Of a DNA stretch of 33,724 bases, positions 12,982-27,300 are shown piece after piece (position 1 is the first letter of the stretch; every line of letters starts with the position of its first letter). The DNA comes from Streblomastix strix (Eukaryota), in assembly GCA_008636045.1 (NCBI GenBank), contig SNRW01000057.1:1-33724 (forward strand), given 5' to 3'. A program made the translations under genes and the position numbers. The notes under the pieces were generated by a model, which was not told the DNA's origin, ran no database searches, and was given only the letters and a program-made list of their open reading frames with translations.

Positions 12982-15900
12982 ATGCGTACTGGTTTACTAT
13001 TGATATTCTATATATTTGTATCTTACTAACTAGCTAAATCTTGGGAACCGAATATGAAGCAAAATCATCACAAATCTCAAGTTCCTAATGCAAATGTTAT
13101 ATATGTAAATGAATCTGGCAATGATGAAAATAGTGGCACAGAAGAATCGCCTTTTCTTACATTATATCATGCTCTTAAAATAATATAATAAGATCAGAAT
13201 ATACTTTCAATTTATTTGATGAATGTTAACTTAAATGAGAGTAATACAAGTCAAATTCAAACAGGATAGTTTGAAATATATGGATTTCAAAGTTCTGTAA
13301 GTGGTACTGGTTGTCTGTTTGATATATCCTGTAATACAAATGAAAGAACAGAAATTCTGTTTATTGATATAGAACTTATTCAGAATATATCTTCTCCCAA
13401 TGAAGAGTATTCAGCCTTCATTCATGTGAGTGGTGGAGCAAGATTGGAATTATATGGAATTAATATTCATTAATTTGGGAATGAAATGGAGTATTCTTCA
13501 TTAAGCTATATTCTATCAATAGATTCGGATATTATTATTTAATATTCAATAATTTCAGGTGGTAATTTCTATCGAGTACCTGCAATCAACTTTAAAACTT
13601 AGTAAGATAGTGCATCTGGAGTTTAATTGTCTAATTCCAGAGAGTTTTCAATAATTTGTAGTCAAATTAACGATGTTCATATTTTAGACTGTGAATATGC
13701 TGCGATAACATGCAATTTAGATGTTGGAAATGACTAAATTGATAATATATTTAAATATATTTGTAAATTTGATTAATGTAGATTTAGAAAGTGCTAATCA
13801 ATTGATAGATCAACAAATAATACTAATCCTTCAAGTCTATATGGTAGAAGTGGAGCTGTTCTAATTAATATGGCAATTGGTCAGAATACAGCAAAAGTTA
13901 GCAATTAAGTATTTGATAAGTCAGTAACATTTGTTCATTGTGTGTTTTAAGAGAATGTTGGAGCATTTGGAGGAGCAATTGCATTTGGAAGCTTAACTTC
14001 ATCTTACACACAATCTCCACTTCCAACATTATAACCATTTGTAACATTTGATACTTGTATGTTCTTACATAATTAAGCTGTTGCATTTGCAAGTTCAAAA
14101 GGAAATGATATTTTATTCCTTGATAAACGCATTTCAGAATTAATTTTGCCTAGTTCTGCTAATGGAAATGGTATTTTTTATTACATATCTTTTTATATTA
14201 AAATCATAATTTAATTTATACTCTTATTCTTTGTTATTATTTAATTTAACAGATGATCAACATATAAACAGAATAAATGAATATTATAATTAATTCTATG
14301 ATGATTTGAAAGCACTTAACACACCCAAGGAATCAATTGCTACAAAATATGAAAATGATATTCCATCAAATTCCTAATTATTATTTCCTTCTGGATTTCA
14401 TCTTTGTTCTTCCAATTCAAATGCTCCTCTAATTGCAATTCTTGGTCAACCAGGTGCTGGTGTTATTTATGACACAATTATATTTACTAGAATTAATACT
14501 CAATTGATTGATTTAATTTAAAACAATGCTTTTGAAGCTTTGATAAATAACTGGTTTATTTTCTATTATAATATTTAAATTTATATTATTATTAAAATAT
14601 GTAAAATATATATTTTTTGACATTTTATCATTAATTTTATAGGACTTAATTAGGTTATGCTGTTAACACCACTTTAGATCTTGATAAAGGATTATTTTAT
14701 GAAAATTCGCTTAATTTAGAAGGTTTGCTTATTATTTATCACTACCAATAAAAATTAGTTTATTTTAGATCAAGTTACAACTCATTTCATTGGAAGTGGA
14801 CCGTCTTAGACATATATAATTCCAAATATTCCTTCATTTACCACAAATAAGTAAATAAATATAAATACAAAGATTAATAATGTTGCATTTGATTCTTTCG
14901 TTGATAATGATTATATTAATAGTTGTCCAATTGAAATAAAACCTCTTTTTAAACTGAATGGTGAATAAGTTGAAGTGAATTTAATTATAGAGTCAATTGC
15001 ACTAATGAATGCGAGAACAGCAAATATCAATACATTATCATCATAATAGTGTAGTATCATACCATCACCACTCATTATTATTGAGAATTATCAATCTAAT
15101 GTAATTATAAGAAACTGCATATTTACTCCTTATTAAAAAAGTATTATTTCAAACACTATTAATTTCCCTATTATTTTGGATTCTCTTGAAGATCAATATA
15201 AACGGCATATAAATAGATATTATAATAACCAATTAGATTAGTTATAGATTAATAAACCATTCATATTCATCAATTACTAACAATCAGATTCTAATACAAA
15301 TAGTCTCAATCCTTTCTTACTCATAATTGATAGATCTTATTTCACACCTACATTATATATAAATGATTTATAAGATGCTATAGATGAATTTGAATGGCAT
15401 AATTCTGCAATTTAAGCTAAACTTTCACTTAATTCAAGTGATGAATTAATATATCCCTAAAAGATATTGCTTATTCATACAACATTTAAAGATTAAGGAT
15501 TCATTACATTGGATGATACCACAGATGCTGTGAATTCTGATATATTGGAAAATTAACTGGAAAAATAAGAGAGAAAAATAAAATCCAATTCATAAATATT
15601 TGTTATTCGTAATAATGGAGTGAATAACAATAGAAAATATTATGAATTACATATTATTAATGTTAGATATATTTCACTTACAACAATTGGGTGTAGATTC
15701 TAAGGATCTAATTTCATTCTTGGAAAATTAAATTAACTTTCTCAAAATATCGAAATTAATTCAAATTCATAATCTTAATCCTCATTCAACAAATAATAAA
15801 CCAATATAAATTCTTCTCCAATTCTTAATCCCAATCCATAATTTATATAAACAACTGGAGCCATACGAGTGGTATAAGCAAGTTTCATTGCTGGATCCTG

Positions 15901-18062
15901 CTAGTTCTCTAATCTTCAATAAGGAGTTCTTATTTTGGAAGGATGTGGAGGATAAATACAAAATGATTCAATATTAAGATAAATGAATAAAGAAAATGAA
16001 TAATAAAGAAATATAAAGAGGATTGAAATTAGATAGAAATACAGATTAAATGAAAATAATCCTATTTATGCAATCATCTCATAAACATGTGAATTCATTA
16101 ATAATGGACCTCATGCATTATAGAAATTAAATGCAAATAATGGAGAGTTCATAGATAATCGAACTCATTAGAACATTCATCCATCAATTCGTTGGAATAT
16201 TATTTGTACCTCTAATCCAAGTAAAATACATACCGGATAATCCATTTCAAGTAATAGTATGTATCATTCATAATTATTAATATATATAATATTTATTATT
16301 AATAATTATTTTCCTATTTTACAGATTAAAGCACATTTTTATGTGTAGATAAAGAAGCCTTACTATTTGAATAACAAGTTATAAATTAAGATAATAATAA
16401 AGAAGAAAATAAATATAGATCATCTTTCACATCATAATCTTCTAATTTAATTGTTGATAATGTTGATGAATAATAATAATAATAATCATTATGGATTTCT
16501 GCTGATAATGGGTTTGAATAATAATTATTATTTTAAATTAAATTCACAAATATTGATAAATTATTAATTTATATAATTATTTACAATTTTTCAATCTTTT
16601 TTTAATTTATTCAGATGTGATATTAGTACATATTCTTTCAATTCATATGGAACTATGTTAGACAAAGACAATGCGAATAAAATATAGAAACAATAAATTA
16701 ATTCAAAAGTGAAAGAAATGGAAAAAGAATAAATTAAAGATGAATAATCAGATGAATTATAATTGAAATTATTATTCAATTAATCAAATATTTAAACTTA
16801 ATTTGGGTCCACAGATTTTTCTTATTCATCTCTTTTCACACCTGTCTTTTCTTAAGATTTGAAATCATTTTGTAATTATTCAGAAGAATAATCTTAAAAG
16901 ACATTAACTGCTGAAGTATATGGCAGAAATTTCTTTTAATAGGGTAATATGGGTTATTAATTGTGTAAAGCGTCTTCAAGTATTTATTTATTTTATTAAG
17001 AATATATTATTTTATTCTATTTACTCATATAAATATTTTTTCTATATTATTCTATATATATTATATAGTAACATCAATTACGGATATCTATTGTGTGGAT
17101 GGATTTATTTCTTAAGATGGAAAAAATAATTACAATAATATGAATTATAAACAAAATAATTTAAATAAATCTTCTCCCAAACATTAATAAAGTATAATAT
17201 ACATGGGAATCTAAAATGATAATTCGACTTAATGTTATATTGAGAATTCAACTTCAATTCAAATTATTTCAGATGATGATAAATTTCTATCAATTGAAAA
17301 TAACGATTATTTATTTTTTAGATTATTAATCAGAAGAAAAGTTGACTTCTTTGGTGGTTCAACTTCGATTCAGGATGACTTTCCTAGTCCTGACTAATTT
17401 GATGTCACAGATTAGAATTAAATTTTTGGGATGACAGAATGGGTTTGATATTTTTATATTTCATATTTATTATTAATAAACTTATTTTATTTTAGGTAAG
17501 AATTGAATTAGTAAATTAAACGATTGAAGAAGTTATCAAAGATGAAATAATTGATGGTAATGAATTTCCTTTATATGGATACATAATAATTATCGCTGTT
17601 GGTTCATTCGTTTTATATATGGTATTTATTTGCTCCTTAGTTTTTTGCTGCTATAAATATAAACATAGAAATGATGATTAAATAACATCAACAGAAGATG
17701 AACCAAATAGACAAGTAGTTTTACCCAATGCAACTAGCTCATATAGTAATGTAGCTCCTACTCATCTCAATAATCAAAAAATAAGAACTGATGATAATCT
17801 CGATTTTAATTTCAGAGACATAACTGATATATGTTATTATTTATTTTGTTGTTGCTGTTGCTGCTGTTGTAATTGTGGTAGTCCTTCATAAGATGAAACT
17901 CCTCCAAAATCCAATGTAAACTAAATTGATAGGCATCAGTCTACTCCAAGACCAATTCCAAAGGTTCGCGAATGGCCTCAAACACAAACAAAGAAGAAGA
18001 AAAACAGAGGAATCAGAATTGAAGATATACCAAATGTGGTGCAGAAACCTTATGACGGTTGA
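12982..18062 (+). CDS. Large type I membrane surface protein, Pmp-like/right-handed beta-helix ectodomain; multi-exon
   Basis: The start MRTGLLLIFYIFVSYQLAKS looks like a signal peptide. It is followed by a DUF1565-like motif IYVNESGNDENSGTEESPFLTLYHAL and Pmp-type FxxN/GGAI motifs (FQENVGAFGGAI, FLHN...KGNDI). A single TM helix YGYIIIIAVGSFVLYMVFICSLVFCCY (~17575-17655) precedes a basic KYKHR and a cytoplasmic tail. TGA at 18060-18062. Confidence 0.75.
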
Positions 18063-18222
18063 TTCTTTAGTGTAAAATACAAAATTATTTTATCTATACT
18101 TTTTGAAAATAATTTTTTATCCATATTTTATTACAAAAATAGAAGAGGATAAATGTCTAAATTCAATTCGTATTATAATTATCAATGTATTGTGATTAAA
18201 TTCCTAATATAAAAGTACTCAA

Positions 18223-20948
18223 TCAACTATTGTCTTCACCACCCTCTTCCTCTTCATCTTGATTCTGCTTAAGTTGAGTTTCCAGTTCTTCGTTTGATTT
18301 GATTATTTCTGCCAACTCTCTGTAATATTCATCAAAATAACAGAAATGAATATTATAAAATGAAATAATAAAGAATTTAGAAATAAAATTAAAATAATTT
18401 TTTATTTCTCAAAAAAAAATATACTTTTCGATCTTCTATTTCTTTGTAAGTGTATTTGATTGTTTCTATTCATCAATTCTCGCCTGATTGTTATGATAAT
18501 CATAATAATGAATAATAATTAATAAATTATATATATTCACTATACTTATGTATCTATTGATTAATTAGATATTCTTCCACTACTCTATGCAATATAAAGT
18601 AGTTCATTGTAATTCTGAAGTGATGAATGTAAAAAAACAAATTAAATTAAAAAAATTAAATTTGTAATTAATATAGAAATATAACTATACTTTATGAATT
18701 TCAATTACATTTTAATAAGTTTGTTTTGTGAATGAATCTTTTTTCTCTCCTTCTTTGGTCATTGCTTCTTTACCTTTAATTCATTAATTCAATCAGATTA
18801 AAATAATGTTATTATAAAATTATTCATTATAAACAATCCAAAATAAAAATAGCCATTAATAATATAATAAATAAAATACTTTATTTTGTCTCTTAACGCG
18901 CAGCCTAAATAAATAATAATAAATAAATAGTTAAAGTAATTAATATTCTATTATTGTTCATATACCTAATAAACAAGTTCATCAACTTCTCTAAATACTC
19001 TGTCTAATTTCTCTTCAGACAATTTTATTTCTCCAGCAATACTGGTTATTTCAATACTTATCTATTAATTGATGTTATTATAATGATTGCAATAAAATAA
19101 GATGAATAATGAAATACAATAATAATTAATATATAAATCAAATTATTCTATTTCAAACTCTCTCTATTTCTTTCTTTTGAGCATTATGTGAATTATATAT
19201 TTCTCCAATCTTCTCAATATAATCTTTTCTAGATCCTTTCCAATGACTTTTGTCTATGAAATAAAATGAGTTAATTATGAATATTATAGAAAATGGGATA
19301 ATATAATAAAATATCAATTAAATACCCTTTTTTTCTGAGTCTTTTTCTGATTGTGAAGAAGAAGATTATTACTGGTTCTTCTCATCCATGTCTTTCTCTA
19401 AATCTCTCAATTCTTCAATTTGACTGATTTTACTCTTAATAAATAAAATAAATAAAATTTATAAATTAATATAAATGAAAAGAATACTTTTGCATCTTCA
19501 GTCAAAGATTGCATTTATTCTCTCACATTATTCAGTTACTCTTCTAATGTTTAAACTCTTCCTCTTTCTCCTTTCCTACTTTCCCACATTCTAATAGTAA
19601 TATTATATTATATAAACAATGATAAATGTTATTATAATGTGAATTAATTATTATTATGCAATTAATAACCTTCTAAATTCTTTCACATATTCTCCTCTTT
19701 CTTTTTCAAATCCATTTCCTAATTTCTTTATTCTTTCAGATATTTTCTAATTCAATTCCTTCAATGTTTCTAAAGATTCTTCATAATTTGGCAGCATTTA
19801 AACAAGAAGTTGCAACATCTTACTTTCCTTTAATCCAATTTATTTCTCCATTTCCCTGATATCCACATTTTCAGTCATTTCTTTGATTCTCTCTCTTTGT
19901 TGATTCAATTATTCTGCTGCTTTAATCAGTGTCTGTAATGTCTCTTCAGCTTCTTATCTCAATCTGTTCAGTATTGAGATGTCATCCTCCTCTTTTTCAT
20001 TATATTTCCCATCTTCTTCATTTTCATCTTATTTCTGATCTTTATCTTATTCTCCTTTTTTACTTCCTTTTAATTTCTGAGATTGTTTCCATTTAGATTT
20101 GCCTCCTTTCATCATTTATATGATTCCTAATGGAATAGTGTCATTTGTTCTGTCAAATAAATCTAATATTAAAGTAATTAATAAATAATAAATAATAAAA
20201 TATTTTATAATATTTTCATTAATACTTTTAAATCCAGCATCAGCCAAAGCTCTTTATACAACTGTCTTCGCTTATTCTTTCATATTATCTTTAATCTTTG
20301 GATATTTACTATTCACCATATTCCAATATTTAGCCTCGTTTTAAGGAGATAAAGAAGGAAATGGCTTATTGAAATGTTCCTCTTTGTAGTTTATTGGATT
20401 ATTTCCCTGAATATTTGGGGGTTCCCAGGGTCTCCTGAATTCTCTAAGAATTACTGATTTGATCTGAAACATGAGTTAATTTTCTTTATTAAAAGTGTGG
20501 TAATGAATATGAATGATTCAAAATATTAAACACAAACTTGATTCAACTCTTGATTCAACTTTTTCTGCACGAGGTTGTTTAGTCAGCAAAAAATTGAAAA
20601 ATTTTCTTGCATCCAAAGCACTTGGCTCATTAAAATCCGAAGGTCTGCACTCATCTTTGAAGCCAACTTTCTACAAACATGAAATTATGTGAGATTGGAT
20701 GAAAAGAATTGAGAAAAAATATATACAATCATTGCATCACTCAATTTAGCCCACAAACTCCACTATTTCAACCCAGATTTTTGCAAATCTGTGGGTAAAC
20801 CAAGTTCTGAATTGATGTGATTGAGAGCAACAGCACAACAGTGACAAAAAAGTTCAGACGATAAGCCTTCACAACTTGTTATGCTCTTGTCAATTTGACA
20901 ACCAATCTACCTGAGTAATTCAAGTGTTATTGAATCTGCGCTCTCCAT
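18223..20948 (-). CDS. CCDC22: Coiled-coil domain-containing protein 22 homolog (CCC/Commander complex); multi-exon
   Basis: The N-terminus MESADSITLELLRQIGCQIDKSITSCEGLSSELFCHCCAVALNHIN...VGFKDECRPSDFNEPSALDARKFFNFLLTKQPR matches the CCDC22 NN-CH domain (MEEAD.IL..SLRQ.G....ELVV....CL..I...LGY..E.GY..FLYP...D.R.L..FL.E.LP). A long coiled coil follows. TGA at 18223-18225. Confidence 0.85.
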
Positions 20949-21336
20949 TCTATTTAAAAAAGAAGTAGATATATAATTATAATATTTGATGGTTAAATAT
21001 ATTTAATTTATCATAATATGAATAAAAATAAATCGTGTGTATTAATTATCAATTGATTTATTGTTTATTGCGTAAATTTGTCTTGATATTATAAAAAAGT
21101 GATTTAAATGCTTAATCTTGAACAAATTATACTGTACAGTAAATTAAAATTCAATTATTATGATAAATAAAAGAATATAATAATTAATTTGTGCATATTA
21201 TAGTGTAGGCGTTGATAAAGTGAAAAAATTAAAAAATGCGCGCTTTTTGTCAGAATTATGTTAAATATTAATATTTATATTCAAATGTACTAATAAATAT
21301 TTACATTAATTTAATAAAATATAAATAATTTCTTTT

Positions 21337-24300
21337 TCATTTAAAATGAATATTATGCAAAAATATTAGATTTGCATTAATGTTTCGTAGGTTTTAACGG
21401 CATTCGCGTCTAATCTTTTCATTATAATCTTCAGAATCGTGGTTTAATTGATTATTAGATTCAAATTTCTTTCTTTCTTCTTCCATTCTATATAATTCTT
21501 CATCTTCTATTCTTCTTTATTCTTCTTCTTCTCTTTCTGATCTATCATTAATCCTTTTTAAACTAATTTTCTCTCTCTGCTCTATTCTGTTTCTATTTCA
21601 TGATTCCTGGCTTTTTCTCTTTCATCATTCCTCAATTTATCTTTATCTTATTTTTGCTTCTCTAATTTCCCCTTTTCTGCTTCTTATCCTTTTTAATGAG
21701 CTTTTTCAACAAATTAATCCTTCAATCCAATCAAACTATCTTCATCACTGAGATGTTATTAGAAATCAGTCAAACTATCTAAAAGTCTATTCATTATAAT
21801 GAATATTATTAATAATAATTAGATAATTGTATTAAGAAATCTCATACCTTTTGGCTGAATTCTTAAGAGGGCCAATTTTTGTTTAAATAATTGCTTTGAG
21901 AGCATGTTACACAGTTGAATATTGGGGTTAATCATCATCTTCAGCTGAACCAACACTATATTAAAAATAAATATAACAATAATATTCCATATTAATAATA
22001 AATGAAAATATTTTATTGTTTTAAATAATATAACGTTATAAGACCTTGAGTTATCCTCTTTATTCCGGCGAGCTTAAACATTTGATTTTTAAGGTCTAAA
22101 ATAATAATAAAATTAAAATTAATATAATTTAACACTTAATTAAAATAGTTTATAATTCATACCCATTTAGTTTGATATCATCTACAATAGGAATTTGTGT
22201 GCTACCTTCATTAATGATATCAATAATAGTTTTCTAAATGTAGAAAAATTGATATAGAAAAAATGATAGAGAATAATGACAAATACAAATAATGAATTAA
22301 GTTTAAGATTACCTTATCATTCTCAGTTGCATTGAGTAAATAATTCATTATAACTATAATGGAGAGGTGCAGACGTTGATCAGATGATCTATACAATATA
22401 AAATATAAAGAATATTATGTAATAAATAATAGTATAATTTATGGGTGTAATAAGACTATAATCAAATTCAAAATATTATTAATACTTTTTTGTTTTGATA
22501 ATTTTTAATACATCAGCTATCACTTAAGAATTGACAAGAACTGTGTAGTTATCTAAAATTATATATTCATAATATAAATAAATGTTTATTTTTAATCCTC
22601 ATTAACCTGAATGCAAATAAACCTTAGCTTATAGCTAACCAACCCAATGCAGCAAGAATTCCAGTAATGACTGTCTCAGACTTATCATTCAGTTATCTAT
22701 GTAAATACTTAATAAATGAAGGTACAACAATGTTTTCTTATTCTGGTTCATTAATTATAGCCTTGAATAGAGCACCAGCACACAAAGCAGTGCGATGTAT
22801 AATAGCTGGGAAGATTAGAAGATCTGTTGCTCCATCTCCAACTATACTAGTTAATTAAATATCAGCAATATCTAATGCTATTGATGGAGGAATATTTGTA
22901 ATATCACTATTTTGTTATTACTTGGATTCATTATTCATTCTTTAATTTGATTATTGAGTGAGTTGATGATTAAGATATGCTTGTGTAAGTGGTACACCAG
23001 AGAATAAGGATTAAATGATTGAAAGAAGAGATTATTGAGGTGGAAAGAAAAGCATTAATTCATCTTCTCCAAAATATTCATCATCTGAATCTTTTTCATT
23101 TCCTTTCCCTTTTTTTGACTTCAATTATTCATTGGAAGTTTAATTAGGAATTTTTGAGTGTTTTATATGTTTTAAAGTTCTTGCCTTTTTTATTTTATTA
23201 AAATACTTATTCTTTGAATCAGTGGTCAAACAATCATCAATAATATATCCATCATTCCCTGACTTAACTAATGTACCTGTTATACTAACAATACTTAAAT
23301 TGCTTTAATTAATTTATGAATGATCTACGAATTAAGATACATTTGTTATGCCATCAAGATACCCTGAAGAAGCAATCGTATCTAAAGGAGGATAAGATGA
23401 TTTATTTGTTTTGTTCAATCCTGACTACCCAAGATCGCTCTATAAAATATTGACATCACCTCTATTCTGAGATTGTGAAGATCTTTTTGATGATGACATT
23501 TCTGATTATGATCCTGAACTTGTTGATGAAGATGTCAATTTAGATACTCTGGTTCCACCAGTAATTTAAGTTGATCCAGTAGCACCAGAGAATGAACTGT
23601 TTCCTGATTGGGTTTAATTACTGCTATTATTACTTAAGCTTGCAAGTACATTGTTCAAATGTGATGCTTAAGGGCTCCCTTTATGTGAAGTGGAGGTACT
23701 TCCATCAATTGAAGAGGATTTTGTCACTGAACCAATAATTTTGGTATCAACTTATGAAGATAATTGCGTCTTTGTTTCATCAGATCCAGATCCTTTATTG
23801 TTTTTACGGTTACGAGCTGACTCTGGTAAGGACTTAGAACCATTTAAATTCTTTGATTTCAAAGCTTTTTTGATTTCTTTATCAATTCCTTTATATATAT
23901 CTCCAACATTTGAAAGATATACACCTGCAACAAGAATGTGATACACAGTTTTGAGTGCTGCCAACACAGTATCATTTGTTATGCACCTACTGGCAGTGGT
24001 TTTAACACGTGTAACGACCTCTTAATCTGATTGTTACCCTTTACCAAGCACTGCTGCTTCACTTTTTGCTTTTTAAGCTTCTTCTATTGTGGAAAAAGTA
24101 ATTGAAAGTTGATTTTCCATCCCAATAAATGCAGCTTTTGCTGCTTATTATTCAGAAATTTTAATCGGAACCTTGTAATTTGAATTTAGATTGTTTCGCA
24201 TAATTGCTCTGTAAATATCACTCTCTCCAACAACTTACAACAAAGTTGTTAATACACCTTTATCTTACAATTATTATTTTTATCTCATTGTACCCATGTT

Positions 24301-27300
24301 TGCAATTTGAAGAAGAGGTTATAGATGAACACGCTTAACAACAGGAATAAATTGTTAATCTGCAAGTTCAACATCAATTAATTTATTCTCTCCATCCTTC
24401 TTTTCTTTTCTGCCTCTTAAACCTTTCTCCTTATATCTACCTTACTTTAATAGTTTTAAACTCTATTCATATATATCATCTTCAATCACAATTGTGCGAT
24501 TAAGAAGTATTTTAACAAGCTTCACAAGTTAATCAACAATTCCTCCTTTTATTGCATTGTCTGCAGTTGGTTCTTTTGAACAAAGTAGTTTTGTTATGCA
24601 AGTGCATACAATGATTGATATGTTGTATGAATTTTAATCTTTTTGCTATCTGGCTTATTTATGCCTTTCCCATCGAACTCTCTCGTTCTCTTCTTCTAAT
24701 TCCTATTCTTATTTCTTCTTCTTTCTCTTCTATCTTTCTTTTTAAATCTATCTGCTATCTCCTTTCTTCTTAGAATCTTTGTCTCTCTTCTTTTTATCTT
24801 CTTTTTCTTCTTTACTAAATTCCTCTCTAATCTTTGCCCATTCTTTTTCTTTCTTTTTTTCTCTTTTCTTTTCTTCGGTGTGCTCATTAGCATTCTTTTA
24901 TAACTATAAGGCTTATTTCTTTAAAATTAAACCAAGTTCTTTGTATACTGGTATTATTGCAAAGTTATTTTATGCAATATCAGATCCTGATGTTTGCTAA
25001 AATAACTAAAAAAGTTCAGAAAGTGTTTATTCACTCTGGTCGTTATCTTTGAATCTAATAAAATATTATGAAAATATATTTAAAACATCAATAATATTAA
25101 AATGGTGTAATGAATTAAAAAAATTGTCTAATTTCATACGATAAAAGTTATGCAACTTCATCAGGAGGAGTATTTATATTAATATGAGTGAGATTATCAT
25201 TCTCTTTTCCTTTCCTACTTTTCCCACCTTTTCTATTTCTATTTTCACTTTATTTATTATTTCTTCTTCTCTTATCATCTCCTTTATCTTTTTCGTGCTT
25301 TCTTTGCCTTCTAGATGGTTCAGATCGAGATCTTCTGCTTTTCTCTTTCAATCTGTTCTTTCTTTCATTCACTGGTTCTCCTGTATGGGCTCTTTTCTTT
25401 CTTTATCGGTCAACTGATTTCTTATCATCTTTTCCTCCTCTACTTTTCCTTTCTCCACTTTTACCTTTATCTCTGCTTTCTGATTTGCGTCCTTTTGATT
25501 ACCTCTTCCCATGTTTCCTATCAGTTTCCTTATCCTTTCTTTTATCCCCAGATTTACTTCTTCCTTTATCTTTACTTCTTCTCCCATGAGTGTCTCTTTT
25601 ATTCTTATCTTCTTTCTTTCCTTTCTTTGTATCTGATCTTATTTCTTTATCCTTTTCTGCTCTCTTTCTCTAACTAGATGTATGAGATGCATTCTAACTC
25701 GCCTTACCTGCTGATCCCCTATGAGATGTTTATATCTTCTTCCTTTCTACATCATCAACTTCATCATCATCTACATCCCTTACTTTATTTTGTTATGTTT
25801 CTCTTTACTACTGCATTTAATTCTCTTAATACCTATCTCTCTCTTTTAATGTGCTCTTCTTCTATAATTAATTCCCATACGGCATCGGTGTTTCTGTTGA
25901 TGTTGGTGCATGAGTTGTACTATTTGTATCAAGAGCTCCTTCATCTCCAAATACTGACAGTGGACCAGCGTTTCCAGCAAAGTCATAATTCTTGTTTTGT
26001 GAATTAGATCTCATTTGTGATGTTGGTGTAGCTGCAGGTGTTGGAGAATTACGCTTTGATGCAGAATCCTTCTGATCAAGTTAATTATCATCTAAACCTC
26101 CTACATCTGCACCATTTCCTCCTTATGGGCCTCTTCCTCTATTAAGTTTCAAAGGATTTCCATCTGCAAAAGCATCATTATCCAATGGAAATACAGCTGA
26201 GTGTTCAACTTATGTACTATCTGTTACTTCTGTGTTCTTCCCTGAGTGCATTGATCCTTCATGTCTATCCTATAATCCTTACCCTCCAATATCACTCATC
26301 ATTGGATTACTAAGAATAGCACTACCTCCAATATGCTCTTCATAATGCCTATCATATTCATTAATTGAAATATGCTATGAGCAGAATTTGCACCATTTAG
26401 TTCTAGCTTTAGTCTGACTGTCACTTAGACTATCTCCCTCAGATGAATCATTTGCATTTGAACTCAATTTTCTTCTTTCTCTTCTTTCTTTATTAATTCC
26501 CTGATCATCCTTACTCTCATCTACAACATCACTTTCATCATCCTTACTGTCACTCAATCCTGTTTCTGTTGCATCTTCAATATCTTATGAATGATACAAT
26601 ACATCTCCTCTTTTCCTGGATCCTTACTATGAATTATTATCCGCCCAACTAAGCTTATCTTTGTTGAAGAACTGTTATTATGGAACTTGAGGTTAAGAAT
26701 ATGCATATCCTACTTGCGGTGATAACTACGTCTGTTCAGGTGAATCTGTTTCAGAGAATTGGCTAATTGGTTAGATTTATTTTGATTCAAGTGTATTAAT
26801 CTAACTCAATTATGTTGTATCATGAGTACTTTCATCCCATTATGAATCTTTTATTAATTCAGTTAAAGAAATAGAAACTGCAGTTTATGTAGTTGGAATC
26901 TCTTTACTTGTTTCATCTGAAGAAAGCGTTTAGATCTGATATGAAGATGTTACATCAGCAGTTGTTGGTGGAATTTATTATTATTCGATATTTTGTTATT
27001 AATATACATTAGATTCAGACTTATTCCCCTATTAACCTTGTTCCCCATCAGCACCTTAACTTATACTAGAACTTGTGAATACATTACTAGTCTCTCCAGA
27101 TGCATCAGATACATTCATAGATTGTGCACTGTTATTCCCACTTGTCCATGTTCCTTCTCCATTACCGCTAACTCTTCCACTTCCATGACTGCTACTCAAA
27201 TTAGATGCACTACTTGCTAGACTCTTCAGTTCTCCTTCATCTTCATTCTCTATTCCTGTTTAATCTCTATAATATCCTAAATTGAATAGAGGACCTCTTG

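Noticed and set aside
24779..26007. Cluster of overlapping Phe/Leu/Ser-rich plus-strand ORFs resembling membrane proteins
   Set aside because: They are antisense shadows of the Lys/Arg/Glu/Asp-rich exons of the minus-strand kinase gene.
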